Shown here: in pieces, positions 41,776-54,743 of the stretch | Layout of the letters: each line of letters opens with the position of its first letter | Numbering within the stretch: the stretch's first letter is position 1 | Source: Dehalococcoidia bacterium | GTDB lineage: Bacteria; Chloroflexota; Dehalococcoidia; Lucifugimonadales; Australimonadaceae | Direction: 5' to 3' | DNA: 64,000 nucleotides | NCBI GenBank assembly: GCA_965248455.1 | Contig: OZ252105.1 | Span: forward strand, 1,754,737-1,818,736 | Made by a program: the position numbers and the translations under genes | The notes under the pieces: generated by a model | Told to the model about the DNA's origin: nothing | Database searches by the model: none | What the model saw: only the letters and a program-made list of their open reading frames with translations

Positions 41776-41908
41776 CGTTCTGCCTCCGTTCCCAACCTGT
41801 TCTGCGTGGCTTACCGGCCCTATGATAACCTTAGCAACCGACCTCAGGCCACACTAAGCACAGCGCAGCGGCACTGCTGCGCTGTGCCCACGAAAGGCGC
41901 AACCGCCC

Positions 41909-42916
41909 ATGGACAACCTCGCCGTAGCCGTTCCCGTATTTCTCGCCAGCGCGATCGTCGTTGTGCTTGCGGGCATAGCGCTGGCAAGGCTTGGCGACGC
42001 GGTCGCCGACATCACCGGCTGGGGCGCGCTCTGGGTCGGCACGATACTCGTGAGCATCGCGACGTCGCTGCCGGAGCTGGTCACGAACATCACGGCGGTT
42101 CGCATCTCCGCGCCGGGTCTTGCATTGGGGAACGTGTTCGGCGCTGACATGATCAACATCTTCACCATCTCCATGGTGGCCATCGTGTTCGGCATCGGCA
42201 ACGTGTTCGGCAGGCAACCGAGGGACACCCAGACGCTCGTGATTGTGGCCGTCGTCATGGGCATCATCGCGTTCGGCTTCGGCGTGCTTGGCGATTGGGC
42301 GCTGGGGCCCACGAGCGTGAGCGCGCTCGTGATAGCGGTGGCCTACATCGTAGGGATGAAGATGGTCTACGGCGCAGGCAAGGAGGCGCGGGAGGTGGAA
42401 GCGAGCGCAGACTCTACCGGCGAGGGCGGGGCAGGCCACAGCGCCACCAAGGTTTGGTTGGGGTTCCTGGGCGCGGGGCTGGTGGTGCTCGTCGCAGCGT
42501 ACTGGCTGGCGCTGAGCGCCGACGGCATCGCTGAGGCGTCGGGCCTTGGCCGAAGTTTCGTCGGCGTGCTACTCGTCTCCATCGTAACGACGCTGCCGGA
42601 AGCGTCCGTAACGGTAACCGCTGCGATGCGCAAGTCGTACGGGATCGTCATCGGCAACATCTACGGCAGTTGCGCGTTCAACCTCTTCGTGATTCCCATC
42701 GCGGGGCTGTTCTTCGCGGGCGGACCGCTGCTCCAGGAGATGGAGGATTCCCACGTCGTGGCAGCGGGCGCCGCGATAGGGCTCATGGCGGCAGGGTTCC
42801 TGATCATCCGCAGCTTCAAGACGCCGGGGCTTGCCGCGCTGCGGCACCTGACGTTCGCGCTGCCGCCGGCCTACGTAGTGGCGCTCTTCTTCGTCTTCCG
42901 CCTCTCGCAGGCGTAG
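41909..42916 (+). CDS. CaCA-family sodium/calcium (cation) antiporter
   Basis: 335 aa, polytopic. Two alpha-repeats with ATSLPEL and VTTLPEA signatures. Confidence 0.85.
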   Translation: MDNLAVAVPVFLASAIVVVLAGIALARLGDAVADITGWGALWVGTILVSIATSLPELVTNITAVRISAPGLALGNVFGADMINIFTISMVAIVFGIGNVFGRQPRDTQTLVIVAVVMGIIAFGFGVLGDWALGPTSVSALVIAVAYIVGMKMVYGAGKEAREVEASADSTGEGGAGHSATKVWLGFLGAGLVVLVAAYWLALSADGIAEASGLGRSFVGVLLVSIVTTLPEASVTVTAAMRKSYGIVIGNIYGSCAFNLFVIPIAGLFFAGGPLLQEMEDSHVVAAGAAIGLMAAGFLIIRSFKTPGLAALRHLTFALPPAYVVALFFVFRLSQA

Positions 42917-43045
42917 CGTAGCCTCATCTTGCCATCTCCTGTCGAGGGAGAAGGGGGCGCACCGCAACCCTGCCCGAGTCGGTGGTAAGTTCAGAGAATC
43001 ACCGCGAGCCTTTTCGACAGCGGCGGAGCGCAGTGGAGGGAGCAG

Positions 43046-44062
43046 ATGCCCGAACCTACGGATGCACAGTGGCGAGACCTGTACTCAGCGTTCGAGGATT
43101 TCTGCCGGATGGAGCCATGGCGCTGGCTGAGCGACGCTGACGTCGTAGCCATCAAGCATCCATCCGGAGAAGAGATCGGCTACTGCGCGGTTCTGGGCAA
43201 TGCAGGGTTCGAGTACGGCTTGGGCGTGTACGTCGGCGACGAGGGGCTGGCGAGCTACCTTGCCCTCGCCACCGATGAGGTCGAGCCCGAGTCGGATGCG
43301 GCTCTAGAAACGACTCACGCGCTATCGGCCATTCTTGCCGACAGGGAAGACTTGTACGCAATGGACCGCGCCACCATTCGGAGGTTAGGCATCAGGTACC
43401 GAGGGCGAGGCGGATGGCCTCTGTTTCTCAGCACTCATCCGGGCCACGTGCCGTGGCGCCTGGACGCAGATGAATCGATCTTCCTGACAACGGCGTTGCG
43501 AAACATGGCGGATGTCGCATTGAGAGTCGCTAGCGGTGAACTGTCGCTCTACACGGGGCGCGAACCCGGCTCGATGCTGACCCGTGTCTTTCGGGACGGC
43601 GCATGGCAGGACGAGTGGGGAATGTTCAGGCTGCCGCAACCGCCCGCGCCCATCCCCGACTACCCCGATTCGGAGAAGCTCCGGCGATTGGCTCAATCGA
43701 AACACAGGGAGCCGATGGCCTGGGAGGTCGGCATCTTCCTTCTCCACACGCCCATCCAGGAGAAGAAGGACGAGCGGCCGTTCTTCCCAACCATGTCCCT
43801 TGTCGTCGATAGCGCCTCGTCCCACATACTGAGCATGAAGATCCTGGGAGCAGCGCCCTCGCCGCTCGAACTTCAGGAGGCGTTGGTCGAACAGCTGGAC
43901 ACTCTGGACATGCTGCCGGCCGAGTTGGTTGTCGATTCGAGGCGCACCGCCTCTCTGGTGGAGTCGGTCGCCAAGGGCCTTGGGATCGAGGTCTCGTTGG
44001 GGGAGACACCGGCGCTGGACGATGCGAAAGAAGCAATGACGGCGTTCGCCGACTTCGAGTGA
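43046..44062 (+). CDS. Hypothetical protein (338 aa)
   Basis: Coding-like composition with GGAGGGAG upstream. No motif I can name with confidence. Confidence 0.5.
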   Translation: MPEPTDAQWRDLYSAFEDFCRMEPWRWLSDADVVAIKHPSGEEIGYCAVLGNAGFEYGLGVYVGDEGLASYLALATDEVEPESDAALETTHALSAILADREDLYAMDRATIRRLGIRYRGRGGWPLFLSTHPGHVPWRLDADESIFLTTALRNMADVALRVASGELSLYTGREPGSMLTRVFRDGAWQDEWGMFRLPQPPAPIPDYPDSEKLRRLAQSKHREPMAWEVGIFLLHTPIQEKKDERPFFPTMSLVVDSASSHILSMKILGAAPSPLELQEALVEQLDTLDMLPAELVVDSRRTASLVESVAKGLGIEVSLGETPALDDAKEAMTAFADFE

Positions 44063-44117
44063 ACCTTCGCAGGGCACGACGGGGGCGCTCCCCCCGTCCC
44101 CAGCACCCTCATCCTAA

Positions 44118-44143
44118 CCTTCTCCCCTCAAGGGAGAAGGGAT
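44118..44143. repeat. CCTTCTCCCCTCAAGGGAGAAGGGAT hairpin repeat between convergent genes
   Basis: An 8-bp stem (CTTCTCCC / GGGAGAAG). Related copies lie at 42934-42956, 62450-62468 and 62624-62644. Confidence 0.7.
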
Positions 44144-44153
44144 CTGAGAGCGC

Positions 44154-45545
44154 TTAGCGAGACTGTTGCGGCTTGCGGGCGGCGCGCCATGGCTTGCGCG
44201 TGAAGCGGTGGCCGAGTCCGCGCTCAATCTCACGCCATTTCCGCTCTTCCTCCGGCGTGATGAACGTTACCGCCTCTCCGGAGCGGCCCATGCGGCCCGT
44301 TCGTCCTATGCGATGGGTGAAGAGTTGCTCTGAGTCCGGCAGGTCGTAGTTGATGACCTGGCCGATGCCTTCAACGTCCAGGCCCCGGGCCGCCACGTTC
44401 GTCGCCACGAGGATCGGCGCAGCGCCGGAGCGGAAGTCAATCATCACGCGCTCGCGTGCGCCCTGGCTAAGATTCCCCTGGAGCGCTCCGACCGGATAGC
44501 CCAATGTGTCGAGTTGCGTTGCCAGCTTCTTAACGCCGTGCTTGGTCTTGCCGAAGACAAGGATCGGAGCGTCCCCGCGCTGGTCCAACAGCGTTTGGAG
44601 GGCCTTCAGCTTGTCGCCCTTCTCTATGGAGTAGACCAGGTGCTCCACCGTGGGAGGCGCTTGCAGACCTGCGTCTACCTCCACCGTTACGGGATTGCGC
44701 AGGTACTGCTCAGCGGTCTTCGCCACCCACTCCGGCATGGTTGCGGAGAAGAGCGCGGTCTGCCGCCCTGAAGGCGTCCGGCCAAGGATGGCCTCGACGT
44801 CGTGGGCAAAGCCTCTGTCCAGCATCTCGTCCGCCTCATCGAGGACGAGGAACCGCACCGACCGCAGGTCGAGCGTGCCCCGGCGCAGGTGGTCCAGCGT
44901 GCGGCCCGGCGTGCCGATGATGATCTGCGCGCCGTTCTTCAGCGCCGCGCTCTCGGGCGACAACGATCGTCCGCCGTACAGTAACGTCACGCGCAAGCGC
45001 CGCGACGAGGCCAATGCCTCCGTGACACCTCCCACCTGGATGGCCAACTCCCGTGTGGGCACCAGCACGAGCGCCTGAATCTTCCGGAGCGACGGGTCGC
45101 ACTGCTCCACCAGGGGCGCGGCAAACGCCAGCGTCTTACCGGATCCGGTGCGCGCCTGTCCTATCACGTCGCGTCCCGCCAGCAGGTGGGGGATGGCCTT
45201 CTCCTGAATGGGAGTGGGCTCCGATATGTTCATCCGGGCGATGGCCGCTCGTGTGCTGGCCTTCAGGGTCATTCCGGGAAACACGGACGCGTTGGCGGAG
45301 GAGTCATCAGCAGCGGTCTCTTCCGCAGCGAATGGCTCCCTTACAGGCGCAGCGGCTGCGAAGGGAAGGCCGTTGCGGCGCACCCCGAAGCACGGGGAGC
45401 AGTACACCGGCCGGCCCTGGGTTGGCCGAAAGCGGACCGTCGTGGACGCTCCGCAGTCAGCACATGTGGTCGAGAAACGTTGTGTGTAGCGAGGCTGGAT
45501 GCGGCTGGATGAACGTGGGCGAGTAGATAGGGATTCGATGGGCAT
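44154..45545 (-). CDS. DEAD-box ATP-dependent RNA helicase with N-terminal CxxC...CxxC zinc ribbon
   Basis: 463 aa. Q-motif, AQTGSGKT, DEAD, SAT and HRIGRTGR. The N-terminus CADCGASTTVRFRPTQGRPVYCSPC forms the zinc ribbon. Confidence 0.9.
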   Translation of the reverse strand: MPIESLSTRPRSSSRIQPRYTQRFSTTCADCGASTTVRFRPTQGRPVYCSPCFGVRRNGLPFAAAAPVREPFAAEETAADDSSANASVFPGMTLKASTRAAIARMNISEPTPIQEKAIPHLLAGRDVIGQARTGSGKTLAFAAPLVEQCDPSLRKIQALVLVPTRELAIQVGGVTEALASSRRLRVTLLYGGRSLSPESAALKNGAQIIIGTPGRTLDHLRRGTLDLRSVRFLVLDEADEMLDRGFAHDVEAILGRTPSGRQTALFSATMPEWVAKTAEQYLRNPVTVEVDAGLQAPPTVEHLVYSIEKGDKLKALQTLLDQRGDAPILVFGKTKHGVKKLATQLDTLGYPVGALQGNLSQGARERVMIDFRSGAAPILVATNVAARGLDVEGIGQVINYDLPDSEQLFTHRIGRTGRMGRSGEAVTFITPEEERKWREIERGLGHRFTRKPWRAARKPQQSR

Positions 45546-45693
45546 AGGGGAACGGATTACCTCGGTCTATTGGGTGATGCAGTGATTCAAGGCGCAGGCG
45601 GAAGACGAGAAAGGTGGGGCACATGACGATTCGCCGCTATGCGGGCCTATGAGACGCCGATCAAACTGCACCTCAGTATTGTAGCAGATATGC

Positions 45694-46533
45694 CTACGGA
45701 GTGTCGCGCCCTTCACGTGCGAGTTGCACCTTCTCCTCGTGCTGTACAGCGTAGTAGAGCGTGAGCAGGAGCGTCGCGGCAACGACGAACGACCCCGGTA
45801 TCCACATGATAACGCCGCCTATCTGCTGATCTTCGAGTGCCGTGATGCCGTAGGCAGGAACAGTCAGCTCGTAGTGCGGGTACCAGGCGTTCGGAGCGAA
45901 CGTGAGGAACGCGCCGAGGATGAAGTTCGGCACGATGGTGATGAACACGAACGGCACGCGGGCCAGGTACGAGAGGCTGGCGCGCAGAGGCGCGGGGTCT
46001 ATCACGTTCCACCACCACAGATATGCGCCGAGGGCAAAGGTCAGATGCTCGGCGATGTGTATAGCCTCGTTGGCCAGCGCAGCCTCGAACGCAACCGGGA
46101 AGTGCCAGCCCATGAGAATACCCACGAACAACGGCCACGCGACGAGCGGGTGAAAGAGGCCTCTGAGCAGCGCGCGCACCGGCGGCGACTTGAAGATCGG
46201 TATGACGACGCGCCGCCGGATCGGTCTCGGGATGCCGCGCATGATCGGGATGACGGGCGCGCCCAGCTGTATCGCCGGGACGACCACGAACAGCAGCAGC
46301 ATGTGCTGACCCATGTGCGCTAGGAAGAGATCATCGGCCAGCGCGTCGAGCGGGCTGGCGAGCGCGATGAAGACGGCGCCGAGCCCGAAGTAGAACGAAA
46401 ACGTACGCCAACCGCGGTGGATGCGCCGGCGTTGGAGGCTGCGCAGGCCGCTCGCGTAGAGGAAGGCAGCCAGCGGGATGCCGATGAGTACGGTGGGGTC
46501 CGCGCTCCATGCCAGCCAGAGCGAACCGGTCAC
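45694..46533 (-). CDS. ctaG: Cytochrome c oxidase assembly protein CtaG (caa3-type, membrane)
   Basis: 279 aa, polytopic. Lies directly downstream of the oxidase subunit genes. Confidence 0.75.
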   Translation of the reverse strand: MTGSLWLAWSADPTVLIGIPLAAFLYASGLRSLQRRRIHRGWRTFSFYFGLGAVFIALASPLDALADDLFLAHMGQHMLLLFVVVPAIQLGAPVIPIMRGIPRPIRRRVVIPIFKSPPVRALLRGLFHPLVAWPLFVGILMGWHFPVAFEAALANEAIHIAEHLTFALGAYLWWWNVIDPAPLRASLSYLARVPFVFITIVPNFILGAFLTFAPNAWYPHYELTVPAYGITALEDQQIGGVIMWIPGSFVVAATLLLTLYYAVQHEEKVQLAREGRDTP

Positions 46534-46594
46534 GATATCCCCAAAGCGAAGAGACGCGCGGGAAAGGCGATAGGCATCAAGCGGAAGCGGAGCG

Positions 46595-46903
46595 CTAGCG
46601 CGTCAGGTTGAAGAAGAGGGCCATCAGCACAGCGGCGAGGCTGATCATGATGAAGAAGGGCGCGAAGAACAGCAGCGAGAAGCGTGCGTCGTCGAACTTC
46701 AAGTGCATGAAGTAGCCGACCACGAGCATGAACTTCGACCCGGAGAGCGTCAGGATGACCCACGTCATCAGCGCAGGGTCCAGCGTGAGGTAGAAGACGC
46801 CAAACTCGATCCCCGTCAGGACGGCAAGAATCGTGCCGATGATGATGTATTGCCGCGCTCCCGGGTGGTGGTGTTCTTCTATGTGGGCGTGATCAGTGGT
46901 CAT
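46595..46903 (-). CDS. ctaF: Cytochrome c oxidase subunit IV (prokaryotic)
   Basis: 102 aa with three TM helices. Sits after subunit III. Confidence 0.75.
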   Translation of the reverse strand: MTTDHAHIEEHHHPGARQYIIIGTILAVLTGIEFGVFYLTLDPALMTWVILTLSGSKFMLVVGYFMHLKFDDARFSLLFFAPFFIMISLAAVLMALFFNLTR

Positions 46904-46915
46904 GGCCTCGCTCCG

Positions 46916-47569
46916 TTAGATGAGAGACGCCGCGCGCGCAGCGTGCTCCGCTCCTTCGAGGATGCGATCGTTCGCGCCGTATGCGCCGATGAGGTAAACG
47001 ACACCGAAGATGACGATCCAAACGATGTCCACGAAGTGCCAGTACAGCCCCGCGATCTCCACCTGCAGCGCGTTGCCCTGGTGAATCTTGCCTTTGTAGG
47101 ACGCGAAGAGGATCGACCACATCCACAGGATGCCGACGGTAACGTGCGCCCCGTGGAAGCCCGTCATCACCAGGAACGTGCTGCCGAAGAGGTTCGTGCG
47201 GGGAGTCAGTCCTATGTGGGCGAACTCCGCGAACTCGAACATCTGGAAGCCGATGAAGATGGAGCCGAACACGGCCACGACGGTGAGCCATAGCCGGAAA
47301 CTGCCCATGTTGCCGCGCTGGATGGCCGCCAACGCCAGCACCATCGCCAGACTGCTCATCAGCAACACGAACGTGCTGATCGTCGTGATGGGGATGCTGA
47401 GTATCTCCTCCTGCGGGCCGGAGATCGACCTGTTGCGGTAGATGAGGTGCGTGCCGATCAGCGTACCGAAGAACATGATGTCGGAGCCGAGGAAGGCCCA
47501 CATCAGCAACTTGCGGTTGTCGAGCCCTGTCGACGTTCGATGGTCGTCTATGCCGGTAACGTACTGCAT
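46916..47569 (-). CDS. ctaE: Cytochrome c oxidase subunit III
   Basis: 217 aa. The ...FHGAHVTVG...YWHFVDIVW motifs are typical of subunit III. Confidence 0.9.
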   Translation of the reverse strand: MQYVTGIDDHRTSTGLDNRKLLMWAFLGSDIMFFGTLIGTHLIYRNRSISGPQEEILSIPITTISTFVLLMSSLAMVLALAAIQRGNMGSFRLWLTVVAVFGSIFIGFQMFEFAEFAHIGLTPRTNLFGSTFLVMTGFHGAHVTVGILWMWSILFASYKGKIHQGNALQVEIAGLYWHFVDIVWIVIFGVVYLIGAYGANDRILEGAEHAARAASLI

Positions 47570-47607
47570 CCGATTCCTTGCGTTCCTCTGTGATCCTTCG
47601 CGAGGCC

Positions 47608-49470
47608 TTAGGCGTGAACCGCGTGAGCGTGTTCTTCGACCTCAGCCGCCAGAGGTTCGAATACCCAACCATAGATGCCGCGTATGCCGATGAAACCGAA
47701 CACTGAGATAACGGCCAGCCCCAGGAAGCTGTTCGCCTGCCAGATGAGCAACCCGCCGGCGGACATCGTCATGCCGAGCGCAACGACGATCGGCCAATAG
47801 GACGGGCTGGGCATGTGCGGCTCTCCGTGCTCAGGCAGCGGGGGCGGCTCGACGGCGTTCGCTTCCTCGTCCCACAGTGGGTGCTGACTGCGCACCGTGG
47901 GGACGACGGCGAAGTTGTAGTGCGGCGGCGGCGAGGGTATCGACCATTCGAGGGTCGAGGCCTCCCAGGGGTTCATTCCCGCGATCTCGCCCTTCCTGAG
48001 GGAACGAGCGATGTTGATGATGAGCAGTACGATAGAGATGGCGATGACGAACGCGCCGATGCTGACGAACAGGTTGATGCCCGCCCAGTTCTGATCCGTC
48101 GAGTAGGTGTATATCCGGCGCGGCATACCGAGCACTCCGAGGATGTGCATGGGCATGAACGCCATGTTGAAACCGATGAACATCACCCAGAAATGCATCT
48201 TGCCGATCTTCTCGCTCAGCATCCGCCCGGTCATCTTGGGGAACCAGTAGTAGATGCCCGCGGTGAGTCCGAAGATGCTGCCTCCGAAGAGCACGTAATG
48301 GAAGTGCGCGACGATGAAATAGGTGTCCTGCTGCTGTGTGTCCACCGGCACGGCGGCGTGCATGACGCCGCTGAGCCCGCCCAGCATGAACATGCTGATG
48401 AAGCCGAGCGCGAACAGCATCGGCGTAGCGAAGCGTATGGTTCCGCCCCACATGGTGGCCAACCAATTGAATATCTTCACGCCCGTGGGCACGCCGATGG
48501 CCATCGTCGCGCCTGCAAAGGCGGCGGTCGCCCAGGCGCCGAGGCCCGTCGTGAACATGTGATGCGCCCAGACGCCGAAACCGAGGAACGCGATGACCGC
48601 GCCCGCGAACACGACCGTCGTGTAGCCGAACAGCGGCTTACGCGAGAAGGTCGGCAGCACGTCCGACACGATGCCCATCGCGGGCAGGATGAGGATGTAC
48701 ACCTCTGGGTGACCGAATATCCAGAACAGGTGCTGCCAGAGCAGCGGGTCTGCCCCTGCGCCGATGGTGTTGAAGAAGTTGGTATCGAAGAAGCGGTCGA
48801 ACAGCAGGAACGTCAACGCAATCGTGAGAGGCGGGAACGCGAAGATGATGAGGAAGGAGACGATGAGCGTCATCCACGCGAACAGCGGCATGCGCATCAA
48901 CGTCATACCCGGCGCGCGAAGATTCAGGATCGTGATGACGAAGTTGAACCCCGCGGCGGTCGTGCCGACGCCCATGATCAGCAGGCCCAGCACCCAGTAG
49001 TCGGTGCTGCTGGAGAGCGTGTACTCGGAGGTCGTCAGCGGCGCGTACCCGAACCATCCCACGTCGGGGAAGGCTGCCTTGAAGAAGCTGAAGTTCATCA
49101 GAAGCGCGCCGAAGAGGAACACCCAGTAGCTCAGTGCGTTCAGCCGGGGGAACGCAACGTCCCGCGCGCCAAGCATGAGAGGTATCAGGAAGTTGAAGAA
49201 CGCCGCTCCTGCCGGCATCACCACCATGAACACCATCGTGGTGCCGTGCATCGTGAAGAGCGCGTTGAAGGTTCCCGCGTCGACGAACGTGCCGTTCGGC
49301 TGGGCGAGTTGCACGCGCATGAGCAGCGCCTCAATCCCGGCGATGAGGAAGAAGACGAACGCGGTTACTCCGTAGAGAATGCCGATGCGCTTGTGGTCGA
49401 CGGTGGTTATCCACCCCCAAACGCCCGAAGTCGATACGGGGCGGCGCAGGATTCCTATGCTTGCTGCCAT
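47608..49470 (-). CDS. ctaD: Cytochrome c oxidase subunit I
   Basis: 620 aa. WFFGHPEVY-type motif (LFWIFGHPEVYILILP) and HHMF...HFHYV haem/CuB ligands. Confidence 0.95.
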   Translation of the reverse strand: MAASIGILRRPVSTSGVWGWITTVDHKRIGILYGVTAFVFFLIAGIEALLMRVQLAQPNGTFVDAGTFNALFTMHGTTMVFMVVMPAGAAFFNFLIPLMLGARDVAFPRLNALSYWVFLFGALLMNFSFFKAAFPDVGWFGYAPLTTSEYTLSSSTDYWVLGLLIMGVGTTAAGFNFVITILNLRAPGMTLMRMPLFAWMTLIVSFLIIFAFPPLTIALTFLLFDRFFDTNFFNTIGAGADPLLWQHLFWIFGHPEVYILILPAMGIVSDVLPTFSRKPLFGYTTVVFAGAVIAFLGFGVWAHHMFTTGLGAWATAAFAGATMAIGVPTGVKIFNWLATMWGGTIRFATPMLFALGFISMFMLGGLSGVMHAAVPVDTQQQDTYFIVAHFHYVLFGGSIFGLTAGIYYWFPKMTGRMLSEKIGKMHFWVMFIGFNMAFMPMHILGVLGMPRRIYTYSTDQNWAGINLFVSIGAFVIAISIVLLIINIARSLRKGEIAGMNPWEASTLEWSIPSPPPHYNFAVVPTVRSQHPLWDEEANAVEPPPLPEHGEPHMPSPSYWPIVVALGMTMSAGGLLIWQANSFLGLAVISVFGFIGIRGIYGWVFEPLAAEVEEHAHAVHA

Positions 49471-49540
49471 CGTCCTCTCACCTTCGTTGCCTGGCCACGG
49501 CGCTTCTGCGCCCCGGCATCCTCCTTCGTCGTAGCGTTCA

Positions 49541-50632
49541 CTATTGTAACTTCTGACTCTTCAGATAGGTAACGATCTGGTCAACCTGGCCCTCGCTGAG
49601 AATGTCGACGCTCGGGTCGCCTATGTGGAAGGTCGGCATCATATTCGCTATCTCAGGGACGGGCTTGATCGAACGCAGGTTGGAGACCCACGCCTTCACG
49701 TTCTCGTCCGTGCTTTCGAGGATACCTGCTCCAACGGTGCCCCTGTCGCCGAACAGCGTCAGGTTCGGGCCGGTATCGCCGTCGGATACGCCCTGGATAG
49801 TGTGGCAGGTGGCGCACTGCGCAATGAATATGCGGGAGCCCGCTTGCTCCGGGCTGCCATCAACCGGAGCCGTTGGCTCGGCGTTCATGGCGGCAACCCA
49901 CCTGTCGAAGTCGGCGTGGGATTCGACGTGTACGCGGAAGCGCATGAGCGCGTGGGCGGAGCCGCAGAACTCGGCGCACTGCCCATAGAACGAGCCTATC
50001 TCCGTAGGCGTGAACTTCTCGAGTATGTTGACCCTTCCGGGCACCATGTCCGTCTTGCCGACGAGTTGCGGCACCCAGAACGAATGGATGACGTCCTTCG
50101 CCTCGAGCGTGATCGCCACCTGGCGCCCTATGGGAACGCGGAGCTCGTTCGCGGTGACCAGGTCACCGCCGTCCGGGCCGAGGCCGGGGTAGCGGAACTC
50201 GAACCACCACTGGTGGCCGATGGCCTCTACGTTCAGCACGTCCGGATCCGGGTCTTCGGTCGTGCCCGCGATCCAGATGATGGTAGGAATGGCGATGGCG
50301 ATAAGGATAAAGATGGGCAGAATGGTCCAAGCCACTTCCAGCTTGGCGTTCCCGTGGATCTGCTGGGGGACACGCCCCGGGCGGTCGCGGTACTTCAGCA
50401 GGATGTAGGCCATCGCAAGGAACACGAGAAAGCCCACGATGCTGGCCGCGACAATGACGAAGATGTAGATGGTATGGATGCGCTGGGCAGCGTCCGAGCG
50501 GGGCTCGAAGGTGGTTTGCGGGGTGTCGCAGGAAGCGAGTACGACAAGCAGCGACGCTATCGTGAGCGCAGCAAGGCCGATGCCGAGAATCCTGGCAAGC
50601 CGACTATGTGAAGAGGGCGTTCGTGTGGACAC
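49541..50632 (-). CDS. ctaC: Cytochrome c oxidase subunit II with fused C-terminal cytochrome c (caa3-type)
   Basis: 363 aa. CuA site CAEFCGSAHALM. C-terminal CATCH haem c motif. Confidence 0.9.
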   Translation of the reverse strand: MSTRTPSSHSRLARILGIGLAALTIASLLVVLASCDTPQTTFEPRSDAAQRIHTIYIFVIVAASIVGFLVFLAMAYILLKYRDRPGRVPQQIHGNAKLEVAWTILPIFILIAIAIPTIIWIAGTTEDPDPDVLNVEAIGHQWWFEFRYPGLGPDGGDLVTANELRVPIGRQVAITLEAKDVIHSFWVPQLVGKTDMVPGRVNILEKFTPTEIGSFYGQCAEFCGSAHALMRFRVHVESHADFDRWVAAMNAEPTAPVDGSPEQAGSRIFIAQCATCHTIQGVSDGDTGPNLTLFGDRGTVGAGILESTDENVKAWVSNLRSIKPVPEIANMMPTFHIGDPSVDILSEGQVDQIVTYLKSQKLQ

Positions 50633-50831
50633 TGTGAGTAAACCCGCGCCGTTCCCGCGCCGTTCAGACGCTTGTTACAAATATCACAGAGTGAGCGTGA
50701 GGGTCAAGCAGCCACGCCTGCTCCCCGACGCAACGAGGCGGCGAGGCGCTTCCACACGCGCATGCCGCCTCGTTGTTCCCTGTGTCAGGCGAGACCTCGC
50801 GCCCGTCGCCCCGCGACGGGCATCCCTCAAC

Positions 50832-51084
50832 CGACGACAACGGCCCCTTGTCCCAGCGCCGCGCCGCCCCCTACATTGTCTACATGCGCCGTCCGGCACA
50901 GGCTCGCCAGCGACCTACCCCGTCCCCGGATGGCCGATCCGCAACCAGCGCCACACGAGGCCGGAAATGAGGCACCTCTCAGTCCGCGTACGAGTGAACG
51001 GAGCGCAGAACGAGGCCACCCTGGCCTCATTTCCGGTTCGCGGCCAGGAGTAAACAAGGCCAAATAGGGCCAGGGTTTGGGGGG
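50832..51084 (+). repeat. A-C element copy (no B module) just upstream of the 23S promoter
   Basis: TTGTCC at 50848-50853, N18, TACATT at 50872-50877. Module C reads ...CGCGTACGAGTGAACGGAGCGCAGAACGAGGCCACCCTGGCCTCATTTCC...GGAGTAAACAAGGCCAAATAGGGCC. Confidence 0.75.
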
Positions 51085-51256
51085 CACCACTTCTGATCAC
51101 TCCTGACCAACCGTGCGCCGAAGGTGGGATAAGCGACAGGAACGGGGGGATGACCCCCGCCGGAGTCCCATCACCGTCGGGAGGCGAGGCATGAGGCCTG
51201 CAGCCGGTGCGATCGGACGGGCCGCGCGAGTTCAAGGCAACGCGGCGGCATTGGCG

Positions 51257-51285
51257 TTGACAAGCCCCGGCAGGGTGCCTATACT
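51257..51285 (+). promoter_or_regulatory. Strong sigma70-type promoter of the 23S rRNA unit (TTGACA-N17-TATACT)
   Basis: TTGACA at 51257-51262 and TATACT at 51280-51285, about 185 nt upstream of the mature 23S 5' end. Confidence 0.7.
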
Positions 51286-51468
51286 CACTTGGCTAGGTTG
51301 GAGACGAAGGCACGATTGGTGCCATCGAACCGACCGGTTGTATGATTGCTACCGACAAGGCGGTGGCTGGCATGAGCAAGCCGCCGCTGTTTGCACGTTA
51401 ACAAGGGAATATCGAGCGAGTACGAGCCAAGGTGATCCACCGTTCGCGGTGGATCCCAGTAAGCGTTA

Positions 51469-54461
<2,993 letters not shown>

Positions 54462-54538
54462 ACTCTTAGGTTTCCTCTGCTCGCTCGATTTCCCTTGTTA
54501 GCGTGCAAACGCTTTCCCTCCTTTCCTATGTCATCCGT

Positions 54539-54613
54539 TGCGGGGTGGAGCAGTGGCAGCTCGTCGGGCTCATAACCCGAAGGTCCCAGGTTCGAGTCCT
54601 GGCCCCGCTACCA
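54539..54613 (+). tRNA. Initiator tRNA-Met (CAT), encoded CCA
   Basis: Canonical cloverleaf. Three consecutive G-C pairs close the anticodon stem (GGG-CTCATAA-CCC). The 1:72 position is unpaired (U1/U72). T-arm CCAGG-TTCGAGT-CCTGG. Confidence 0.9.
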
Positions 54614-54630
54614 ACTATCGTCCTCTCTGT

Positions 54631-54656
54631 GCGCCCCTCCTGCGGGGCGCTTCTTG
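54631..54656 (+). terminator. Rho-independent terminator after 23S-tRNA
   Basis: GCGCCCC-TCCTGC-GGGGCGC followed by TTCTTG. Confidence 0.6.
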
Positions 54657-54743
54657 CGTAAATCCGGCATGGCGTACACAGCGCCTCCCGGCAAAGCGTT
54701 GTGCTACTCTGTCGTCTATCCTTTGGCATAAGGAGCCGCAGCC

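Noticed and set aside
47815-49572. 585-aa plus-strand ORF and other long ORFs antisense to the cytochrome oxidase genes
   Set aside because: They are antisense to unmistakable ctaD/ctaC sequences. Their extreme Arg/His/Glu composition is typical of stop-poor antisense frames in high-GC DNA.
54462-54538. Expected 5S rRNA between 23S and the tRNA
   Set aside because: Only 77 nt are available, and they are occupied by the 23S trailer half of the processing helix. No 5S-like sequence is present.
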